From Cyanophora paradoxa CCMP329 (taxonomy: Eukaryota > Plantae > Glaucophyta), in contig QPMI01000603.1 in assembly GCA_004431415.1 (NCBI GenBank), positions 62,001 to 126,000 on the forward strand: a DNA stretch of 64,000 nucleotides. Direction: 5' to 3'. Positions within the stretch are counted from its first letter, which is position 1; each line of letters begins with the position of its first letter. Below, piece after piece: positions 1 through 12,036 of the stretch. Under the pieces are notes generated by a model. It searched no databases and was not told the origin of the DNA. It saw nothing but the letters and a program-made list of their open reading frames with translations. The position numbers were made by a program, and so were the translations under genes.

Positions 1-147
1 CGACGGGGCGGGGCGGGGCGACGGCGACGGGGCCGGGCGAAGCGACAGCGCCGGGGCGGGCCGGGGAGCCGGCGGGGCTGCACGGGGCTGCACGGGGCGT
101 GCGCCCCGGGCCGCCGCCCGCCGATCCTACGCCCCGCCGTGCAATCC

Positions 148-2216
148 ATGCTGCCGCCCTCCGCTCCCTCCGACCATCGCCCCGGGACTCGATCATCCTG
201 CGCGACAGGAGCGCCTTGTCAGCGACGCGTACGCACACAGACCGCTCAACTCACCTCGTCTAGGCCTGAGCCTCACCAAGCTGTGGAAGAGGGGTCCAGA
301 ATTCGGAGCCTGGAGACGGCGCGCGCGATCCAGCGCCTGGAACGCAAGCAAGAATCGTGAGACATGCGTTCGCGCGCCGCTGACGCAAAGCTATGGTCCG
401 GTGGCCCACCCCCGGCGATGGCGACGCGCTCGGCAGGGCGCGCTCGCCGCCAGCGGCGTGCCGGCACTCCATCGCCCGCTACGAAGGAGAGATCAACAGC
501 GAGAAGCGTGCGGCAGTTCGCCTGTCCCCCGTTCCCGGCCAGGCGGCCGCCGCACCTTGGCTCGGCTTGGGCGCAGGGCCAACCAACTGGGCCGACGGGG
601 CTCACCGCCGGCGATCCCTGCGAAATCGAGTGAGCTGTACGTCACGCGTGGAACGCGGAGGGCACGGCATAGACGCACGTCGTCGGTTTGTGGGAGGAAG
701 GCAGGCCGTGAACGCAGCGCCGCACGGAAACACGGCCACGCCAGGGCATAGACATGCAGCTGCGAGAACACGGGCCACATGCGCCTAGCTATAGCTAACG
801 AAAGGGCCGCGCGCCGCATCTGCGAGCTTCCGCCAACGTGCTCGGCACCGCGGCCGAGCGAGCTGCGAAGGAGCATGGGACCGCTCAGGCTTCCTCGGAA
901 AGCTGAGCCGAAGGGCGTCCTCAAGCATCCTCGATCGATATCGCTGTTGGTGTCGCTGCCGCTTTCGCCCAACAGCTGTGTACCCCGAAATCCGCGGCCT
1001 TGCACTTTGAAGAGCACGCAGGGCAAGAACTGGCTGCGGCCTCCAGCACGGGACGCAATGCAATCTCGGTGCGTCGGCGCTGGGCTCTCCACCGCAGCGC
1101 ATCCTGGTCTCCCTTACTCCACAATTTCAAACAGGTCAAACGGAGTCCGCACAGCTGCCGCGAACTTGACGAGCCTCGAGCGCGAACGACGTTCGAAGGT
1201 GCCTACTTGCATCCTCTCGCGTCCCCCGCCTGTCGCCGGCCTGATTTCAAACGCAGAGCGCTGCCCCAGGGCGGCGGGCGCCCGCTCGTGGCGAAGAGCG
1301 CTCGTGTACGCGTCGTTCTTGCCTCTTCAAGCGCCCTTGATCTGCATTCTTAGCCCGGCCGCCGCCGCCAAGTGTTCCTTCTTTTGGTCGGCTCGCGCAG
1401 AAAGGAGAAGGCGGCTGCCGATGCGAAGCAAGGTGCTTTTTCGTTTCATCTCCTTTGCCCCAATCCCTCATTCCGCTGGCGGTCCAGGGAACGGGGTGAC
1501 TGGCCCGCGCGAGCAGAGCACCACCATCCAGTTCGCCTAGCGTCTTCTCCCGCAGGCCAGGTGCTCGCTCTTGTTTCCGCTACTCTCGCGTTGATGTTTT
1601 TGTGACGCCGGCCGCGTGCGCAGCGGAGCGGGTGCCGTTCTCGGACGCGTGGCTTCTGGACGGCCGTGGCCTCGGAGTTCTTGTGCTTGCGGCCGCTGGG
1701 GCGCAGGTGCGGCAGGTGCGGTCGTTTGCCGGCGCGCATTCTTCTCTTCTTTCGGTTGACGCTCCGAGCTCAGCGAGCGCTGCGCCGTCGCGGCGACCGC
1801 GTTCCGGGCGCTCTCAATCTCGGTGTGGGCGCTCGGCGACAGGTGCGGTCTGTTTATTGGCGCGCGTTCTCTCTTCTTTTGATTGACATTCCTCTCCGTG
1901 CGCAGCGAGCGCTCTGCCTTCGACGTCGGGCACGGGCAAGGGATGCTGGAAGCGGGGACGGGCCTCCTGCTCTCTCCTTGCTGCGGTGCGCAGACGTCCC
2001 CTTGCTTCCCACTTCTCTCTTTATGCTAGGAGCCCGCTTATCCTGATGCGCGCAGCGCAGCGAGCGCGGCGACGTTCCGCAGCGAGTGCGGCGAGGGCGC
2101 ATTCTGCCTGGGCCGGAGGCGGGCTGCTGGCGATCGGCTGGGCATGCGCAGGCGGCGGACGATGCCGCAGGCAGGACAGCAGTACTACCTGCTGTTCGGC
2201 AGCTGATTGCAGTTAA
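148..2216 (+). CDS. Putative multi-exon gene, uncharacterised low-complexity protein (boundaries approximate)
   Basis: Regularly spaced intron-like segments with GT/GC donors, CTGAC/TTGAC branch-like motifs and CAG acceptors (e.g. gtgagac...gctgacgcaaag at ~357-390; gcgcgc...ttgac...cag near 1732-1773 and 1860-1905). No recognisable domain. Confidence 0.3.
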
Positions 2217-2642
2217 AACGTTAGTTTTCCTTTTCTCGGCAACTAGCGCGGGGGACGACGCCGCTTGCAGGTCATTGCGTATTGTGTAAAGCCCTTACAG
2301 CCTAAGTTGCAGGCGGGGCAGATTGGGGCAGATGAGCTCGAGGGCGCCCGCGCACGATCGGCCACGAGGCCGCTAGCTGTTTCACAGTGTGCGCACATCT
2401 ACACGAGGGCGCCGCGCGGGCTCGGGATTGGCCCCCACGAGGGCGCTGAGCTGTGTGCGCATGCGCACATGTACTACGGTACGACCTAGGGGCGCCGGCG
2501 CCACGCGTACGCGTGCCCCGTCGAGCTTGACGACCGACTCTCTCTCTCGGCGAGCTCGAGCCGCGTCGAGCTCAGGCCCATAGCAACGAGCTCGACGACC
2601 GTCGACCGGTACCGGCCACGCTGCTGGCTATAGCTACGTATA

Positions 2643-2850
2643 CGCCGGCGCAGTGCGTCCAGCTGCGTCGAGCGGCGCAGTGCGTCAAACTTCGAGTGCG
2701 TCGAGCGACGCAGTTTCGTGAAACTTGGCGCACTGCTTGAAACTGCGTGGAGATTTCGAGCAGTGCTTCATTTCCGACGCAATGCTTGAAATTCCCACGC
2801 AATGCTTGAAATTTCCGACGCAATGCGTGGGTGAGCCAAAAGTGCCGGGG
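2643..2850. mobile_element. Short non-autonomous DNA transposon (MITE), TA-flanked
   Basis: TA|CGCCGGCGC ... GTGCCGGGG|TA imperfect TIRs; internal iterated ACGCAATGCTTGAAATT / CAGTGCGTC motifs. Confidence 0.55.
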
Positions 2851-2866
2851 TACGCGGGCGCCGGGG

Positions 2867-5800
2867 TTACTGCCAGAAGGTCAGTTCCAGGGGCCAGCGG
2901 GAGGAGCCGAGGCCGATGCGCCCAGAGTAGAAGATGTGGGACGGGAGGCTAGAAAGCGGGAAAGAGGTGACGGCGGCGGGGCGGGGGGTGAGGCGAAGCT
3001 CCCCGAGGGCCACCGACCAGGTGGTGCTGGGCTGGGAGGGGAGCAGGAGGCCCAGAGGGCCGGACGCTGGGAAGCGTCGGAGGGAAGCGATCAGGGCCGC
3101 GCGCAGCCGGGAGTCGACCGTAAGGACGGTCGGGGCGCTCGCGCGGACGCTGCCAAGCCACGGATCGTCCTCGAAGGCGACGTGGTGGTGCTCGGCAAGC
3201 TGGGCGTCTAGGTGCGTGCGGCACCGCGAGAGGAGGGCCCGATGCAGCGACGGGGCGCGAGCGCCGTCGCGGGAACCGCGGTCGGCGAAGACGTTGGCCG
3301 CGCCGGGCAAATGGCGGGCGGAGATCGAGACGCCGAGAGCCGCGCAGCGGTGCCAGAGGCGAGCGCTCAGGTCAAAGAGGCGGGCCGAACCGCCGCCCCG
3401 AGCGACTGCCGCGACGGCGGAGCGGTTGTCGCAGCGGATGAGAACGTGCGCACCCACCGGAAGGGCGGGGAAGAGCTCGTCCGCGGCGGCCACGATCGCG
3501 CGAAGCTCGCGTTCGTTGCTGCTGGTCTCGCCGCGCCGCATGGGGCCCTCGCTCGCGCGGAGTTCGGGGGGGAAGGTGCCGAAGACGGACCACGCGGGGC
3601 GTTGGCGGACGGCCGTGGGGTCGGCGGACTCGAGTTGATCGAGGAAGGCGGCGTAGCCGTAGCCGGAGGCGTCCGTGAACAGCCGGAAGAAGGTCCGAGG
3701 CGTCCAGATGGGGTGCGCCGGGCGCTCCGGGCGTTGGAGGGCCGCTTGGAGCCAGCGGAGGCAGTCGAGTGTTGGGCCTTCGATGGTGACGGCCGACTGA
3801 TTGAAGGGGTCGGCGAGGGCGTCCGAGGTCGACATGAGGCCGAAAAGTGGCCGAGTCATGAGACGAACGGCTGGGAACGCCATGCGCAGCGCGATGAGTG
3901 AGCCCGCCAGCTTTTGCAGATCGCGAGCCGACGCCGTGAGGCCGCGGGGGCCGGGCGCCCGGTCGAGGACGCTGGCGAGGCGGGCGAGCGTTTTTGCGAC
4001 CTTCTTCGAGGTCACCGCGAAAACGCCGCGGTCGGGACGGACGTCGATCTCGATGCCGAGGTACTCGGTGCACTGAGTCGGTGTGAAGTCGGACTTTTCC
4101 GAGAACGTAATGCCCAGCTCGGGCGCGCAAGCACGTAGGTGCTGGGAGACGAGCTCCGCGATTTCGCGCGACGGGCAGATGAACAGGCCGTCGTCGATGT
4201 ACGTGCAGAGCTTCACGCCCAGCGCTGCCCAGTACTTGGCAAAGGCGCGCGTGACCTTCGTGAAGGCGAAGCAGGCGATGTTCACGCCGAAGCAAAGGGC
4301 CTGGTAAATGTAGAGTTTGCCGCGCCAACGGAACGCCAGGAGGCGCTGGGTGTCCTTGTTCAGGGCGATGTGATAGTAGCCTTTTTTAAGGTCGAACTTC
4401 ACGAGCCAGCAGCCGAAGGTGAGGTAGGACGCGACCTCGTCCAGCGTTTGGTACCGGAACGTCGGCAAGCGGATGAACGGGTTCACGGGGGTGGCGTCGA
4501 GGTACAGGCGGAACTTGTCTGGGCCGGCCTTGTCGACCACCAAGAGCGAAGACTCGTTAACGACGAGCTGTTCGTCTTCCTCGGTGGCAAGGCGGGTGAC
4601 GCCGAGGCGCAGCATCGCCGCGACCTCGCTGTCCACGAAGGCTTCGTGTTCTGGGGTCCGGTGGCACGAGGGGCGTGGGCCCTCGGCGCGCGTGCGGGGA
4701 ATGTCTGCTAACGACGCTGCCGGCGTGCCGTCGGCGTGCTGGAGTGGGAGGCGCAAGCCTTTGCGCAGGATGAGGCCCACCCACGAGGGGACCGTCGTGT
4801 CAGCCCGCCGGAAGTAAGCCCGCCAGGCATGCGCGTAATGCTGGAGTTGCCCCGCCCGAAACTTCTGTGCGGCCGCCGCGAAATCGTACGGGCCGGGGTC
4901 CCCGTGTGCAGCTACGAGTGCCCGCAATTTTGCGAATGGGTCGCGCACAAAGACACGCGGTGTACTCGAGGGTACAGACAGCGGTACAGGCGGCGGTCGC
5001 GACTGGTCACAGTCTACTGGAAGGGTCGTGGCGGGGGGGACGGCTGGCACGGGGGGCCCCTTGCGGTCGGCGGCAGCCGCCGGAGGGGGCGTCGCCGCAA
5101 ACACCCGCGCCAGGAGTGGAAGCGGCTCAGCCGTCGGTCGGCGGCTGCGGCTTGCGCCGGGGGGGCCGCTGGACGGCGCCGCCGCGGCCTCCGCCCCGCT
5201 GACGGTGGTGGGGTTGGAGCTGGGCCGGCTGGGCAGTCCCGTACTGCCGCCGGGCCTGCTTCCAGGCGCGCCCGCGCTGCTGGCCGCGGTGGGTTGGCCC
5301 GCCGGAGCCGGGGTCCTCGACGTCACCGTCGTCGTCGTAGGAGAAGGTCGCGACGCCGCCGTAGGAGTGGGCTGACCGAGGGTCGGTCCGGGCGGAGGAG
5401 CAGGTGGGGCGGACGGACCGGCCTGCGAGGCCTGGGAGAAGAGCGCCGCATGGGAGAGCGTGGGGCGAGTGGGGGCCTTGTCCGGGCGGGGCTGCGGAAG
5501 CTCCGTGCGAGCGAGCGGTGGCATCATGAAGAAGGAGCTCCGCTTGCGGCTCGTCCGGCCGTAGGACGACAGTAGCTCCCGTGGCTCCGTCCACGCGCTC
5601 ACGCTGTCTTGCAGCCGCTTGAGGAGACGCTTGAAGAGCGGGTCGTCCTCGAGGCAGGCCTGGAGCACCGCCGACGTCTGGGCGATGTCCCGAAGCTTCT
5701 TGTAGACCGGGCGGGTGAGGGCGTTCCAGTCCGTCAGGAGCTGGCCGAGGGGGCCGGTCGGGCCGCCGGGTAGGCGGTTGATGACGTCGCCGACCTGGTC

Positions 5801-6219
5801 GAACGCCGCGATGGCCTGGCGGAGTTCCGAGTTGCCCATGTCGCGCAGCACCAGGCCGTGGGAGAAGCGCGCCAGATCGCGCATGCAGGCGATGCCGTAC
5901 TTGGCAAGAGCCGTGGTGATGCGCTCGTCGGGGAAGGGTCGCTGCTGACTGTCGCCGGGGAAGACGGCGTTGTCGAAGCACGACTCGATTTCCTTGATAC
6001 GGGAGGCCAAGTCCGTGACGCGGGCGGAGTTGTCGACCGCCGTGGAGGGGATGTTGAGCTTGGCGAAGGCCGTCTCGCGCAGCGTGAGCTCGGGGAGGCC
6101 CTCGTAGACGAGGGGGGGCTCGGCCGGCGGCGCGGCCTTCTCTGCCGCCGTCGCCTTGGCCTGGGCGGTGGCGCCCTTCGCCTTGTCGTCGCCGCGCGCC
6201 TTCTTGGTGGCCGGAGCCT
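2867..6219 (-). CDS. Terminal exon of retroelement polyprotein: gag-like helical region, low-complexity linker, reverse transcriptase, RNase H, degenerate DIRS C-terminal (MT-like) domain
   Basis: RT motifs KFRLYLD, KFDLKKGYYHI, YQALCFG, TYIDDGLF (YIDD at 4190-4201), TEYLGIEID. RNase H motifs FTDASGYGY, SNERELRAI, IRCDNRSAV, HLPGAANVFADRGSR. C-terminal LLLPSQPSTTW. Frame is uninterrupted. Confidence 0.9.
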
Positions 6220-6278
6220 CTGCAAAAAAGGCATGTCGGCCGGGCTGTGTCCGACCGCGGAAAACAATCAGCGCGGAC

Positions 6279-9200
6279 CGAGGGGAGCCTTCTCCTTGGC
6301 GTGGCCGCGCGTTGCCTTGCCGCTGTACACTGGGGCAGCGGATTCTGCACGATCCCGGGTCAGTGTGACGGAGGGAGGGTTTGGGCTGCGGCGGCCACGA
6401 GTCCGTACCGGACTCGGAGGGAGCGTCGACGTGGGGACTGGCGTCCTGCGGCGTCGAGGTGTCGTCCGAGTCCCAGTCGCCGGCCCAGTCGTCCTCGCCG
6501 GCGGGTTCGTCGCCGGGGGCGTCGGATTCCGCCTCGTCCGCCATCTCCGCGTCGCTGGGGACGAACGGTCGGGCGCGGGTGGAGGATGAGGTCGGGGGCT
6601 GCTCTGTCGGCGCTGCGGCGGCGGGCGGGGCGAGCTTCTGCGCGGCCTGGATGGCCCCGCGGCTGCCGGAGCGGGCGGCGGGGACCCCACGGGGGTCGGC
6701 GGCGAGTGGCGCGGCGGTGTGGGGAGCGGCCTGCCGGGCGGGAGCTGCGGGCCGGCGGGCGGCATCCGGAAGCCGGGGTCGGCGGGGCCGAACCAGTCGG
6801 TCTGCGGGCCCCCGAAGCCCGGGAACATGCCGGCGCCGTGGTTGGCGGTGCCGGAGGAGGGCCAGGGAGCCGCGAAATGCGGGGCGCCTGGACGACCCAG
6901 CCCGCTGGCGTGACCGTGGAAGCGGCCGAGTAGCGGGGCTGCTGCTGGTGCTGCAGGAACGGGGACGGAACTCCCGCGGGCCAGAACGGGGGAGGCGGGC
7001 CGCCGCCGGCCATGCTGGCGAGGCCGGCTTGCAGCATGGACGCCGCGAGCGCCTGCGGGTTGGCCGGCGGAACGGGCGGCAGGTCGGAGACCGCGGGGCC
7101 GGGTTCGGCGTGGGAAGGTCGCGGGTCTCGGCGAACTGCAGGGCCTTGTCGCGGTCGGCTGCGGTGAAGTGGGCCGGGTCAGAAAGTCGGGCCAGGCGAA
7201 TCTCAAGGGGGTCGCCTAGGCGGGGGTGAGCCGCCGGGGAGGCCAGCGGGCGCGTGGACGGACCGGTCTTGGCCTTGCGGCTCTTGGCGGGTTTGGGTGG
7301 CGGGGCCTGTGCTTCCGCCTCCTCGGCGGGTGAAGGCGGGGCGTCTGACTCGCCACCTTCGTCGGCTGAGTCTGCGGGCGCCGGGGGGGCCTTCGGGGCC
7401 GAGGCCTCGGCCGCCTTGGTCCGCTTAGGCGGGCGGGTCGACCGCGAGGCGCGCGGGCGGTCGACGTCGTCGTCCGCGTCCGCGTCGGCGGTGTCGGTGT
7501 TCACGGCCGCAGCCGCCGGCTTGGCAGGCGCGGGGCGGCGCGGAGGGGCGAGGCCGGTGGGCGGGGCTGCCCCTGCGCGGCGGGGTGGGCGGCGGTAAAA
7601 TGAGTGGGGGTGGGTAGCGCACCGGCGCGCTTCTGGGCCGGAGGGGGTGCTGAGGGGGCCGCGGCCGCTCCATGTGCCACCTTCGGAGCCCGTGCTCGCT
7701 GCCAGCGAAAAAAGAAGCGTCAGCAGCGAGCGTGGGCGAGGCGAGAGGGGGTAATGTGTGCGCGGACCGACTTGGGGTCCGCTGGGGGTGCGCTGGCGGT
7801 GGCGGCGGTGGCAGCGTCGGCGTTGCCCGAGGCCGCGGCGCCGCGGCGTTTTCGCGCGGCCTCCGCCGCCTTCAAGATGTGGGGGAAGTACAGGCTGACG
7901 GCCTTGTGGGCCGGCTGGTCCCAGTCGCGCAGCACCGCGGAGGCGTCCCAGTGGCCGGGTGGAAGCCGCAAGCGCGAGAGAAGTCGGCGAACGAGAACTG
8001 CGAAGCGGGCGACCGCTGAGTGCGCTGGCGTGCAGCGAGCGCGCGGCGGGCGAACTTTTCCGAAGGGGACGGTGCCGACTGTCAGGCCGCCCGGAAGAGA
8101 TGCCGGCCACTCGCGTTTTGGAGAGACGCGGGCCGGACCGGGGGCCAGGCCGAAGGCGGCGACGATGTCGTTGCGCAGGATCTTGCGGTGATCGCGGGAG
8201 AGCGCCTTGCTTTTCTCGATGAAGGTGACAAGCAAGGGCCGGAGCCAGCCGTGGGCGTCGGCTACCGCCGTCTTGGAGTACTTGGGGACTGACTCGGGGG
8301 ACCAGGCGTAGAGCTGAGTGAGCGCACCGAGCGCCGTCACTTTTTCCCAGGGTTCGAGGGCCGCCCAGTCAATGTGGAGGGTGAGGGGCGCGGCACGGTG
8401 AGCGAGGAGTGGCGTACCGGCACGGAATGTCGTCGTAGTAAATCGGGAACCCTCGCGGGAGGCCGACAGGGATGGTGCCGTACTTGTAGCCGTAGAACTC
8501 CGTGACCTCGAGGCAGGTGGCGCCGAAGGTAGCCAGGAGTACGGCGGCCGACTCGCCGAAGCGGAGTACCGCCTCGTTGAACAGCTCCCGCGGGACCGAG
8601 TCGCGCACCTCCGAGTAGTCACTGGCGATCGCGGTTAGCGCGTGACGTCGAGAGGCGGGGCATGCGGACATGTAGCCAGGGCTGGTGGGGTCGGAAGAAC
8701 ACGGGGCGACGGCGTAGAAACTAGCCTCGTCGACCGCGAAAGCGATGATCGGGACGAGAGAAGTGACCAGCATGGTCGACGCGTCCGCCGGGCGAGACTG
8801 GCAGGCCGTCGGTTAATAAGCGAGCGGGGGATCATGCAGGCGTGACGGGGGCGGCCCACCATGAGACCGCCGTCAAGCGTGCCGCTGGAGAGGAACGGGG
8901 GGAAGATCCCCGCCGTCGTCGCGCAGTCGCCGCAGAAGAGGAGGCGATGCGGTTCGGGCGCGTGGCGCCAGTAGTCGATGATCATGGAGGCGGACACGCT
9001 CATCGCCTTGCTGCCGCTGCCGGCGTCCTTATCTGCGCGGGGCCGTGTCAGCCGGTGTGTTGCGGCTGCGGCGTGGCGGGGGAGGGGCGGGGAGGCTAGA
9101 TAGAGGAGCGCGGTGCGGCGCGCGTCGACTCTCGCGGGGTCTGCCGTCGGAGCCGACGGGGATCGCCGCTGCCTCGCCGGTGCGCGCGCCGGGCTCCGCC

Positions 9201-10012
9201 GGGGCACCGCGCGGGAGGGAACGGAGCACGTAACCGTGACTCAACGTCCCGCGGGGCTCGCCGGCGTGCCGGGCGCGAGCTTCTCCGCCTTCTCGCCAGT
9301 GCGCGCGCCGGGCTCTGCCGGGGCACTGCGCGAGGTGGGACGGAGCACGCGGCCCGTGCATCTACGTCCCGCGGGGCCCGCCGGCGCGCCGGTGGGTCTC
9401 GCCGCCTTCCTGTCGATGTACGCGCCGGGCTCCGCCGGGACATCACACAGGGAAAAAAGGATGGGAGCGGAGCACGTGGGCGTGCCTCGACGCTCTGCGG
9501 GGTTCGCCGGCGCGCCGGCCGCGAGCCTCTCCGCCTTCTCGCCAGTGCACGCGCCGGTCTCCGCCGGGGCACTGCGCGAGGTGGGACGGAGCACGCGACC
9601 CGTGCCTCGACGTCCCGCGGGAGACCCCGGCGCGCCGGTGGGTCTCGCCGCCTTCCTGTCGATGTACGCGCCGGGCTCCGCCGGGACATCGCACAGGGGA
9701 AGAAAGCGGAGCACGCAGTCGTGCCTCGACGCTCTGCGGGGCTCGCCGGCGCGCCGGCCGCGAGCCGCTCCGCCTTCCTGCCGGTGTGCGCGCCGGGCTT
9801 TGCCGGGACACCGCGCAAGGTATGATGATGGCGGCCGCCGAGGTCCTGGAGCGCCACCGTTTTTGGCTCTCTCGCTCGGTGGCCGCCGTCATCTGCGCCG
9901 CGCCGCCGGCATGTCAGGCAGTGCATGGCGGCGCGGGTGTGGTCGGGGCGGCTTCGAGGCGGAGTTCGTCGCGCCCGTCATCGCCGCGTCGACCCAGCCG
10001 TCGCGAGGCCAT
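6279..10012 (-). CDS. Upstream spliced exons of the retroelement ORF (Pro/Ala-rich plus a globular region of unknown function); start uncertain
   Basis: GT-AG introns at 6220-6278 and 6345-6408 switch the frame to ESAAPVYSGKATRGHAKEKAPL and back. Further exons give MSVSASMIIDYWRH..., LVPIIAFAVDEASFY... and IDWAALEPWEKV.... Some single-base frameshifts in C/G runs. Confidence 0.55.
9120..9815. repeat. Tandem array of ~6 diverged ~120-bp units with alternating (dimeric, ~245-bp) higher-order structure
   Basis: Recurring CGGAGCACG...GCGCCGGGCTCCGCCGGG; alternate units share CCTTCTCGCCAGTG or CCTTCCTGTCGATGTAC. Confidence 0.85.
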
Positions 10013-10797
10013 GCGCGAGATGCGTAAGTGTGCGTCGCGACGGAATCGAGAAGGGAAAAACAAAGAAAAGGAAGGGCTGTCGGGCTCAGACACTTAAACG
10101 AGCGAGATAGTGCTCGGGCTAGGGTTCTAAGTGCACGGCCGCGGTTGGCGGCACGGCCCCGAGATAGCCGGTCGAAGATCTTCTAACCGACGGGCGGCCG
10201 GGCCGAGAACGAGCGTACCGGGCTTGAGGAAGCCCCAGTTGTAAGAGTCCAAGAGCGACTGAGAGGATCCGTCGGACTGCCAGGGCATCATCCAGGAAGA
10301 CTGAACGCCGTCAGGCCACGGATCGAGCAAGGTTCGCTGGATCGCGCCCGCCGCAGGGGATTTGGAGAAGAAGCGCTGAGCTAGCTTGCTCCACTGCAGG
10401 CTGGCGTGGCCGGTAGGCGGAATCGCCGATTCGGGTGCGTTCGGCTGCGTCATGCTGAACGCAGGCGGTATGAACTGGCTGTGGCGATTTCGCTTCGCCG
10501 CTGGGTGCCTGGTCAAGCTGGCAACCAAGGACGAAGTTATGCCGAAGGGCAGCCGAAGGAATGGCCGTACCCCGGCCTTCGTTCGCTTCGGGGCGCGACC
10601 GAATCAAATTCTGAGTTCTCCCCGGAGTCGGTGCAGAACTCGAATTCTGCTATACCGTGCTCGAGGCCCGGACCCGCCGCTTAGGCCGGTCCGGTCGCTC
10701 GGTCCTTCTAGCTAAGGTAGGCAGTTGGCGCTCTGGCTTCTCTTCTATTCATTCCGTCGGCGCAAAACTCGGTTTACGCTTAATTGCGCAAACCCCG

Positions 10798-11006
10798 ATG
10801 GATGCCGATACCATGGAGGCCGAGAACAATGGCGAGATCTTGGCCTTCGATGACGAGGAGGTGGCGCAGCTCGAGATTACGGTCCGCCTGCCGTGCCCGG
10901 CGCCGATTGCGATCGCACTCGCACTTCTTGAGCTGACAGAGCGGCCCATCACGTGCAGGCGGACGCCCAGCTCGAGGCCCTCGACGCCGAGATGATCGCT
11001 CAGTGA
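10798..11006 (+). pseudogene. 3' fragment of acidic-tail small-protein gene family (MDADTMEAENNGEILAFDDEEVAQLEIT^ADAQLEALDAEMIAQ*)
   Basis: GT-AG intron 10882-10958; spliced product aligns with the tail of the genes at 25692-26253 and 32340-32895, with the same intron position. Confidence 0.7.
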
Positions 11007-12036
11007 TCAATCGATCCCTACCTGCGCATGCACGTCGCGCGACTGCGCATGCGCACGCAAAGGATAGCGCAGCCGCAAACCCACCCCACCGGGCTCTTGC
11101 TCGCATTTGTTCTGTCTGCAGCTGATTATGTCCAATCGAACTAAATTCTTCGAAGCTCTAGCTTGATGAGCGAAGCCTGATCACGATCATGACTACTAGG
11201 CTAATATAATTATTATAATGAACTCGGAACGTACCGTAGTACACGTCCGAGCTCGAGTTACTCTGTACTAGTACGATTATGCGTACGTGAGTAGTGAATA
11301 ACTTAAAATTTTGTGTTGCATATATACACGTGCACCTGCTCGCACGCATATATGCTTCAATTGCAAGATGTTCGAAGGTTCTCGAAAACGACGCCCAGGC
11401 ACGTGTCCATGCGCACAGATTCACGGCCATGCATATGCCTGAACTTCATCTGGTTCGCAGACTGTGGATGCCGATACCATGGAGGCCGAGAACAATGGCG
11501 AGATCTTGGCCTTCGATGACGAGGAGGTGGCGCAGCTCGAGATTACGGTCCGCCTGCCGTGCCCGGCGCCGATTGCGATCGCACTCGCACTTCTTGAGCT
11601 GACAGAGCGGCCCATCACGTGCAGGCGGACGCCCAGCTCGAGGCCCTCGACGCCGAGATGATCGCTCAGTGATCAATCGATCCCTACCTGCGCATGCACG
11701 TCGCGCGACTGCGCATGCGCACGCAAAGGATAGCGCAGCCGCAAACCCACCCCACCGGGCTCTTGCTCGCATTTGTTCTGTCTGCAGCTGATTATGTCCA
11801 ATCGAACTAAATTCTTCGAAGCTCTAGCTTGATGAGCGAAGCCTGATCACGATCATGACTACTAGGCTAATATAATTATTATAATGAACTCGGAACGTAC
11901 CGTAGTACACGTCCGAGCTCGAGTTACTCTGTTCTATTACGATTATGCGTACGTGAGTAGTGAATAACTTAAAATTTTGTGTTGCAGATATACACGTGCA
12001 CCTGCTCGCACGCATATATGCTTCAATTGCAAGATG
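10799..12036. repeat. Near-identical 572-bp direct duplication (10799-11370 and 11465-12036)
   Basis: Offset 666 bp; only a few substitutions (gtactagtac vs gttctattac; gcatata vs gcagata). Confidence 0.95.
11369..11672 (+). pseudogene. Second, slightly longer 3' fragment of the same family (CSKVLENDAQ^TVDADTMEAENNGEILAFDDEEVAQLEIT^ADAQLEALDAEMIAQ*)
   Basis: GC-AG intron 11399-11460 and GT-AG intron 11548-11624; 5' part missing. Confidence 0.7.

Larger units (their letters stand above)
2867..10798 (-). mobile_element. DIRS/PAT-like (tyrosine-recombinase-class RT) retrotransposon, intron-containing, apparently lacking or having lost its YR gene; ends approximate
   Basis: DIRS-type RT and RNase H motifs in the terminal exon; spliced upstream exons; internal tandem repeats; the right boundary coincides with the point where a host gene fragment starts (10799). 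Confidence 0.75.

Noticed and set aside
139-620. Possible tyrosine recombinase on the minus strand (HSF.., GRWS)
   Set aside because: No HxxR or catalytic Tyr, stops intervene, and splice signals favour the plus strand.
2867-8110. 1747-aa single-exon ORF
   Set aside because: The 5' third runs through introns and shadow frames; only 2867-6219 is confidently one exon.
9120-9815. CRISPR-like repeat array next to an RT
   Set aside because: Units are wholly homologous with no unique spacers; eukaryotic context; no cas genes.
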